Shown: positions 58,116 through 64,000 of the stretch, one piece after another
Position numbering within the stretch: the stretch's first letter is position 1
How the letters are laid out: each line of letters starts with the position of its first letter
Assembly (NCBI GenBank): GCA_963783375.1
Contig: CAWANH010000029.1
Span: forward strand, 288,001 to 352,000
DNA from: Candidatus Eiseniibacteriota bacterium
GTDB taxonomy: Bacteria; Eisenbacteria; RBG-16-71-46; JABDJR01
Length of the DNA stretch: 64,000 bases
Reading direction: 5' to 3'
Translations under genes and position numbers: made by a program
The notes under the pieces: generated by a model
What the model was told of the DNA's origin: nothing
What the model saw: the letters and a program-made list of their open reading frames with translations, nothing else
The model's database searches: none

Positions 58116-59096
58116 ATGATCCGAAGGCAGGTTCGATACCCGGCGCTCCTCCTCGCCATCCTCACCCTGGTTCTGGGGGCCATGCCCGCCCGAGCGCAGT
58201 TGGTGGATGAGGAAGGGGTGGGAAAGCTCACCATCGGAGGAGGGCTGGGGTTCCAGCTCACCTCCATGTCCGACGTCAACGGGAACTTCGACATCGCCAA
58301 CCGCGCCCTCACCTACGGGGGGATGCGAACGATCGACAAGGTCAGGGTGGGGGTCGTCAGCAACCTGGACATCCGCTACAAGCTGGGTCAGACCCCCTCC
58401 GAGGAGCCGGGGGAGACGGTGCCCTTCCTGAAGCGTCTCTCCGTCGGATTCGCCTGGGGCGCCATCAACGCCCGGAGCGGGTTCAGCACCACCCGGGCGG
58501 GGGTTCGCTTCTACACCCGTTCCACGACCTACTATCCCTACGTCCTCTACCACTTCCCGTTCCTCGAGAACGTGGCCCCGCGAACCTCCCTCTACGCCGG
58601 AGGGGGTCCCCTCTTCCTGAAGGCGGGCGTCGTGGACTGGGGTCTCACGGACATGAGCATCAACAACTTCCTTCCCGGTCCCGAAGGGGACCTGGCGGAG
58701 TTCTCCGGAAAGGGGACGGCCACGGGCACCGGCACCGGCCTGGTGCTCATGGGAGGGGGATCGTTCCAGCTCAACAATCGGCTCTCGGTCGCCGTGGACG
58801 CCGGGTATCGGCTGGCCAAGCTCGCCAACCTCGAGCTCCAGGAGGCGGTGGGGGACACCGAGCGCTTCATCGGCAGCGACATCCCCGGCCAGAACGTGAT
58901 CCGCGAACCCGGGGACTGGGCGATCATCGACTTCTTCATGAGGGATCCGAATGCGGTCTGGGACGGTAGGAAGAGAACGGACCCCAAGGACCAGGGCGGC
59001 TGCGCCGACTGCCCGCTCTACTATTCCGGGGACCCCCTCAAGGTAGACTATAGCGGGCTGTTCGCCACGCTGAGCTTGCGGGTACATTTCTTCTAG
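58116..59096 (+). CDS. outer-membrane beta-barrel protein
   Basis: Signal peptide ARA-Q, alternating beta strands (SLYAGGG, VDAGYR), C-terminal ATLSLRVHFF beta-signal. Confidence 0.75.
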   Translation: MIRRQVRYPALLLAILTLVLGAMPARAQLVDEEGVGKLTIGGGLGFQLTSMSDVNGNFDIANRALTYGGMRTIDKVRVGVVSNLDIRYKLGQTPSEEPGETVPFLKRLSVGFAWGAINARSGFSTTRAGVRFYTRSTTYYPYVLYHFPFLENVAPRTSLYAGGGPLFLKAGVVDWGLTDMSINNFLPGPEGDLAEFSGKGTATGTGTGLVLMGGGSFQLNNRLSVAVDAGYRLAKLANLELQEAVGDTERFIGSDIPGQNVIREPGDWAIIDFFMRDPNAVWDGRKRTDPKDQGGCADCPLYYSGDPLKVDYSGLFATLSLRVHFF

Positions 59097-59132
59097 ACCG
59101 GCCGGGAACCGGCAGAACCACCACGTGAAACC

Positions 59133-59912
59133 ATGAAAAGACGCCACCGGATCTCCATCGCCTTCGTATTGACCCTGGCCGCCCTCGGTGGGTGCGGAAG
59201 GGGAAAGCCCGACCAGGGTTCTCCTCCTTCCTCGGGATCGGAAAACGCCGCCCTCGCCCCCGATACCGCCGCGGCTTCCGCGCCGGCCCCGGATCCGCGC
59301 CTCGAGGATCCCGGGTATCTCCGCACCCTCCCCCCGTCTCCGGAGGTGGAGATGGCCATGGGGAAGGCCTTCCTGGAGCGGGGGGAAGCGGACAGCGCTC
59401 TCGTCCACTGCCGGCGGGCCACCGAGATGGCTCCGGAGAACGCCGACACCTGGAACTTCCTCGGGATCACCCTCGGCCGCCTCGATCGCCTCCCCGAGGC
59501 CAAACAGGCGCTGCAGAAGGCGCTGGACCTCGACTCGGTCAACGACAAGAGCCACATCAATATGGGCAACATCCTCCTCCGGCAGGGGAAGCTCGAGGAG
59601 GCCAAGTCGGAGTACCTGATCGCCACCACCATCGACTCCACCCACGCCACCGTCTGGATGAACCTGGCCATGGTGTACGAGAAGGAAAAGGATCTCAACA
59701 AGGCCATCCTGGCCTACGACTCCGCCATCCGTCACGCCCCCGACGACGCGGATCCCTGGGAGCGGTTGGGCAATCTCTACTTCAGCCGGAACCTCTACCG
59801 GGTGGCGCAGCAAAGCTGGGAAGAAGCGTTGAAGCGCGACCCCTCCCGCACCCAGCTGCGGGAGAACGTCGAAAAGCTCAAGGCCTTCGCGGATTCCACC
59901 AGAACTCGATGA
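59133..59912 (+). CDS. TPR lipoprotein
   Basis: Lipobox LGGC; TWNFLG, HINMGN, WMNLA, WERLGN TPR repeats. Confidence 0.85.
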   Translation: MKRRHRISIAFVLTLAALGGCGRGKPDQGSPPSSGSENAALAPDTAAASAPAPDPRLEDPGYLRTLPPSPEVEMAMGKAFLERGEADSALVHCRRATEMAPENADTWNFLGITLGRLDRLPEAKQALQKALDLDSVNDKSHINMGNILLRQGKLEEAKSEYLIATTIDSTHATVWMNLAMVYEKEKDLNKAILAYDSAIRHAPDDADPWERLGNLYFSRNLYRVAQQSWEEALKRDPSRTQLRENVEKLKAFADSTRTR

Positions 59913-61729
59913 CGCGCGGAACCGGGCTTCTCGCCGCCGCGCTGGTCCTTCTCATCGCGGGCCGGGCCGCCGCCGCGCTCCCCGGCTGGGATTCCTCGCG
60001 CTACCTGAGCGTGGACGACCTCCGGCCCGGGATGAAGGGCGTCGGCCGCTCGGTCTTCACCGGGACCGGCCCCGAGGACTTCGGCGTGGAGATCATCGGG
60101 GTCCTGCCCACGTCCACCCCCCGGCAGCGAATCATCCTGGCCCGCCTCTCCGGCCAGGGCCTGGAGAAGAGCGGGGTGGTGGCGGGCATGAGCGGAAGCC
60201 CGATCTATGTGGACGGGAAGCTGATCGGGGCGCTGGCCTACGGCTGGTCCTTCTCCACCGAGCCCATTACCGGGATCACTCCCATCGCCGACATGCTGGC
60301 CCTCGAGGGCCGGAGCGCCGCCCCGGCGGCGGCGGAGACGGGGCCCCCCATGTCGAAGCACGGCGCCATGGCCCCCCGCACCTGGGACGCGCTGTGGAAG
60401 GCGCGGGGTGAAGCCGCTCTCGACTTGTTGGCCCCGACCCGGCACGCGGACCCGGAGGGTCTGGCGCCGCTCCGGGTTCCGGTGGCGGTGGGAGGATTCG
60501 GACCGGCCTCGGGTTCCGCGGCGGGGGACCTCCTCGCCCGACTCGGGTTCCTGCCGGTGGCCGCCGGCGCCGGGGGCGTGGACCCGACGCTTCCCGACAC
60601 CCTGGGTCCGGGGAGCGCGGTGGGGGTGGAACTGGTGCGCGGCGACGCCCAGCTCGCGGCGATCGGCACCGTGACCTGGTCGGACGGAAAACGCGTTCTC
60701 GCCTTCGGCCACCCCATGATGAATCGCGGCGCCTCGGCCTATCCCATGACCGCCGCCCGCATCGTGGCCGTGATGCCCCGACTCTCCAGCTCGTTCAAGA
60801 TGGGGGTGGTGGGGCCCCCCCTGGGGGCGGTGACCCGCGATTATGAATCCGGAATCATGGGGGAGATGGGGCCGTCCCCGAGCATGATTCCCGTGGACGT
60901 GAACCTGAAGCTGGAAGGGCGTAGCGAGACCCTCCGTTTCCAGATCCTCGACGCGGAGGGACTCACCCCCGCCCTGGCCGGCCTGGTGGCGTCGAGCGGG
61001 ATGGAATCGGTGAACCGCTCCCAGGGGGCGGTGACCGTGGCCACCACCATCGCCCTCACCCTGGGCGACGGCCGTCGGGTGGAGACCCGGAGCGTGGGGG
61101 CGGGGTTCAGCCCGCCCACGGAGATCGCGGGGGACGTGGGACGCCTGGTGGGGCTCGTCTATGGAAATCCCTTCGAGCCGGTGTCCCTGGCCAGGGTCGA
61201 GGTGACCGGATCGGTCCAGGACAGCATCGAGGCCGCGTTCCTGGAGGGAGTTTCCATCGGCTCGGGGCCGTACCACCCGGGCTCCCGGGTGCCGGTCGAT
61301 GTCCGGCTCCGTGACTATCGGGGGCGTACCTGGACCCATCACACCGGGATCTCCATTCCCGCCGACCTCCCTCCCGGAACCTACCGTCTCGCCGCCTGCG
61401 ACGGGCAGACGGATTTCCGGCAGGAATCCGCGCGGGCCCCCGACCGCTACCAGCCCCGCAGCCTGGACCGTCTCCTGTCCATCCTCGGCGAGGAGACCCC
61501 CTACGACGTTCTCGTCCTGAGGCTCTTCGCCGCCGAGGGGAACCCGGTGGTCGCGGGAAGGGAACTCCCGAGGCTCCCGGCTTCGCTTCGCGCCGCGGTG
61601 ACCTCGCCGCCGGCCGGCGGGCGGGTGAGCCGGACCGCGGCATCGGTGGTGGCGACCGAGCGTGAGAACATGGGGAAGATGATCCTGGGTTGCGAATCCC
61701 TATCCGTCGCGGTGGAACCGCGCCGATGA
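59909..61729 (+). CDS. secreted SpoIVB-like peptidase S55 domain protein
   Basis: Signal peptide, PGMKG.G, VVAGMSGSPIYVDGKLIGALAY, AIGTVT..LAFGHP. Confidence 0.85.
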   Translation: MTRGTGLLAAALVLLIAGRAAAALPGWDSSRYLSVDDLRPGMKGVGRSVFTGTGPEDFGVEIIGVLPTSTPRQRIILARLSGQGLEKSGVVAGMSGSPIYVDGKLIGALAYGWSFSTEPITGITPIADMLALEGRSAAPAAAETGPPMSKHGAMAPRTWDALWKARGEAALDLLAPTRHADPEGLAPLRVPVAVGGFGPASGSAAGDLLARLGFLPVAAGAGGVDPTLPDTLGPGSAVGVELVRGDAQLAAIGTVTWSDGKRVLAFGHPMMNRGASAYPMTAARIVAVMPRLSSSFKMGVVGPPLGAVTRDYESGIMGEMGPSPSMIPVDVNLKLEGRSETLRFQILDAEGLTPALAGLVASSGMESVNRSQGAVTVATTIALTLGDGRRVETRSVGAGFSPPTEIAGDVGRLVGLVYGNPFEPVSLARVEVTGSVQDSIEAAFLEGVSIGSGPYHPGSRVPVDVRLRDYRGRTWTHHTGISIPADLPPGTYRLAACDGQTDFRQESARAPDRYQPRSLDRLLSILGEETPYDVLVLRLFAAEGNPVVAGRELPRLPASLRAAVTSPPAGGRVSRTAASVVATERENMGKMILGCESLSVAVEPRR

Positions 61730-61752
61730 CTTCCGAACCGCTGGGAGAAGGC

Positions 61753-63822
61753 ATGCCATCGAGAATCCGTTTCATCGTTTTCCTCCTGGCCGCTCTCACC
61801 GTGACCGCGGCGGATCGGGCCGTCGCGGTGTCCCCGGAGACCTGGCGGGTCACCGGGGTGACCGGCTGGGGCGGAGCCCGGCGCGATTCGGTCGGGGTGA
61901 CCAGCGAGGGCTCGATCGGGCTCTCCATGGCCTCGATCCGGGTCGAGGGCCTGGACGCGACCACGGTTTGGGACCTCCTCCCCGACGGAGACGGAGTCCT
62001 GGCCGCCACCGGGGACGGGGGGAAGCTCTACCGCATCGACGCCTCCGGGAAGGCGCGCGAGGTCGCTCACGTGGTCCAGCCGGAGATCACGAGCCTGGGG
62101 CGGGACGGGAGAGGCAACGTGCTCCTGGGGACCTCTCCGGACGGGGTGGTGTACCGCCTGGAAGGCGGAAAGGCGGTTCCCCTGGCCGACACCCCCGAGA
62201 CCTACATCTGGCGCATCCTTCCCCTCTCCGGTGAGAGCGCCCTGGTGGCCGCCGGCGACGCTGGGAAGATCTACCGCATCCGGGGCCGGAACGAGGTGGA
62301 GCTCTTCGCCGATCTCGGGGCCACCCACGTCACCGGCCTGGAAGCGGACGCCGACGGTTATCTGGCCACCACCGAGTCTCCGGGACGCCTGGTGCGACTC
62401 GATCAGGACGGTAAGAGCACCGTGCTCTACGAGGCCGATGAGCCCGAGCTTCGCTCCCCCCTCGTCCGCCCCGACGGGACGGTGTATTTCCTGGCCAACC
62501 CCGCCGACGCCAAGGGAGCGGGCAAGCTCTACCGGCGAAATCCATCCGGAGGCGTGGAGACGGTGTGGACCACCCTCTCCGGCTTCGCCTACCGGTTGGG
62601 GGCGGGGGAGGACGGGAGCCTGTGGGTGACCACCGGCTCGGACAGCGGAAAGGGCTCGGTGGTCCAGGTCATGCCCGGCCCGCCTTCCACCTGGCGGGAA
62701 TGGGTGGGGGTGGCCGAACCCCAGGTCCTCTGCGCCATCTTCGACGGCCCGGGGCGCCGGTGGCTGGGGACGGGGGGACAGGGCGCGGTCTACCGGCTCC
62801 CCGGAGCGGGGGCGGACCACGGCCTGGTGACCAGCGATCCCGAGGACGCCGGGGGCGTCGCGCGTTGGGGCGCCCTCTCCCTGGAGCCGGGACGGAGCCT
62901 CGGCAAGGTGAAGCCGGAGACCCGAAGCGGCAACACCTCCACCCCCGACGACACATGGAGTCCGTGGACCGCGGTCGAACTGAACGATCTTCGCGGGCCG
63001 GTGCGGAGCCCCCCCGCCCGGTTTCTCCAGTGGCGGCTGACCCTCGACGATCCGACCACCCGGGTGGACGGGGTTCGGGTCATCTACCTCCCGGCCAACC
63101 TGGCCCCCCGGGTGAACGATGTCCAGGTGGCCGAGCTCGGAAACGACTACAACCTGAGCTGGGACCGGGGCCAGCCCGCATCATTGACCCAGGACCTCCC
63201 CGGTGGGGTGCACGTGGAGTTCCAGGTCCCCGGCGCCCGGTCCTCGAACCTTCCCGCCGCCGACGAACAGGCGGCCTGGGCCCGCCGCTACCGCGCGGTG
63301 ACCTGGAAGGCTGACGACCCCAACGACGATGAGCTTCGCTTCCGTCTGGAGATCCGGACCCCCGATGAGGACGGCTGGAAGCCCCTGGCCGGGGATCTCA
63401 CCGCGTCGCCCTGGGTCTGGGACAGCTCCACCGTTCCCGACGGCTGGTACGTGCTGCGGCTCACCGCCTCGGATCGGGCGGTGAATCCCCCCGCATCCGC
63501 GGACAGCGCCACCGGAGTCACCGAGCCCTTCCTGGTCGACAACACCCCGCCCGCGGTGCTCGATCTCGCGGTCAAGGGGGGGGCGCTCACCGGACGGGCG
63601 TCCGACGCCACCAGCCCGCTCAAGAAACTCGAGGTGGCGGTGGACGGTGGGGACTGGGAGCGGATCTTCCCCGCCGACGGCATTCCCGACATGCCCACGG
63701 AGACGATTCGCACCGAGCTGGCTCCGTTCAACCTGAAGCCCGGGGATCACGTGATGCTGGTCCGGGCGGTGGACGACGCGGGGAACACCGGGATGGGCCG
63801 GGTGAGCTTCAGGACTCCATGA
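61753..63822 (+). CDS. secreted beta-propeller + Ig/FN3-like protein
   Basis: Signal peptide; repeated ATGDGGKLYRI / GTSPDGVVYRL blades; RSGNT..PD.TWS.W, SPPARFLQWR, DPNDD.L, DNTPP; start 61726 or 61753. Confidence 0.78.
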   Translation: MPSRIRFIVFLLAALTVTAADRAVAVSPETWRVTGVTGWGGARRDSVGVTSEGSIGLSMASIRVEGLDATTVWDLLPDGDGVLAATGDGGKLYRIDASGKAREVAHVVQPEITSLGRDGRGNVLLGTSPDGVVYRLEGGKAVPLADTPETYIWRILPLSGESALVAAGDAGKIYRIRGRNEVELFADLGATHVTGLEADADGYLATTESPGRLVRLDQDGKSTVLYEADEPELRSPLVRPDGTVYFLANPADAKGAGKLYRRNPSGGVETVWTTLSGFAYRLGAGEDGSLWVTTGSDSGKGSVVQVMPGPPSTWREWVGVAEPQVLCAIFDGPGRRWLGTGGQGAVYRLPGAGADHGLVTSDPEDAGGVARWGALSLEPGRSLGKVKPETRSGNTSTPDDTWSPWTAVELNDLRGPVRSPPARFLQWRLTLDDPTTRVDGVRVIYLPANLAPRVNDVQVAELGNDYNLSWDRGQPASLTQDLPGGVHVEFQVPGARSSNLPAADEQAAWARRYRAVTWKADDPNDDELRFRLEIRTPDEDGWKPLAGDLTASPWVWDSSTVPDGWYVLRLTASDRAVNPPASADSATGVTEPFLVDNTPPAVLDLAVKGGALTGRASDATSPLKKLEVAVDGGDWERIFPADGIPDMPTETIRTELAPFNLKPGDHVMLVRAVDDAGNTGMGRVSFRTP

Positions 63823-64000
63823 GCGCGCTTCGGATCGCGATCCTGGGGGCCACCGGCGCGGTGGGTCGGGAGATGTGGCGGATCGTCGAAGCCGCGGACG
63901 TGCCGGTGTCCGAGATTCGCGCCTACACCTCGTACCGTTCCGAGGGCACGGTGCTCTCGTTCCGGGGGGAGCCGGTCACCTGCCGGGCCTTGAGCGACGC
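63819..64000 (+). CDS. asd: aspartate-semialdehyde dehydrogenase (3' truncated)
   Basis: RIAILGATGAVGREM...S.RSEG..LSFRG; not in the ORF track because it runs off the window. Confidence 0.85.
   Translation, partial: MSALRIAILGATGAVGREMWRIVEAADVPVSEIRAYTSYRSEGTVLSFRGEPVTCRALSD

Overview
High-GC (roughly 70% by eye) chromosomal segment from a diderm bacterium. The complete Bat operon, many lipoproteins and a FlgD-Ig/T9SS-like C-terminal domain suggest an FCB-superphylum-type lineage (inference). Layout: (1) housekeeping operon gatB'-purD-purE-tsaC-LMW phosphatase-ilvE-glyA, then two convergent DegT-family sugar aminotransferases; (2) moxR-DUF58-hypothetical-batABCDE-asmA; (3) a ~38 kb surface-glycan locus with GT4/GT2/WecG/GT87 transferases, manC, galT-glgA, Wza, a split PCP plus BY-kinase, a Wzy/O-antigen-ligase protein, exosortase-EpsI-deacetylase, a membrane protein-TPR lipoprotein-PrsK-PrsR cassette and a priming sugar transferase; (4) a divergent Yip1 gene, an OMP-TPR-S55 protease-beta-propeller operon and the start of asd. 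Most notable: the exosortase/PrsK/PrsR machinery is present but I see no PEP-CTERM protein in the window. Instead, two well-spaced sigma54 promoters precede a putative glycoside hydrolase-Ig protein and an FN3-repeat protein whose T9SS-like C-terminal domain is cut off by a frameshift in a poly-C tract. I found no tRNA, rRNA, CRISPR array or mobile element. All family calls are motif recognition by eye, not database searches.
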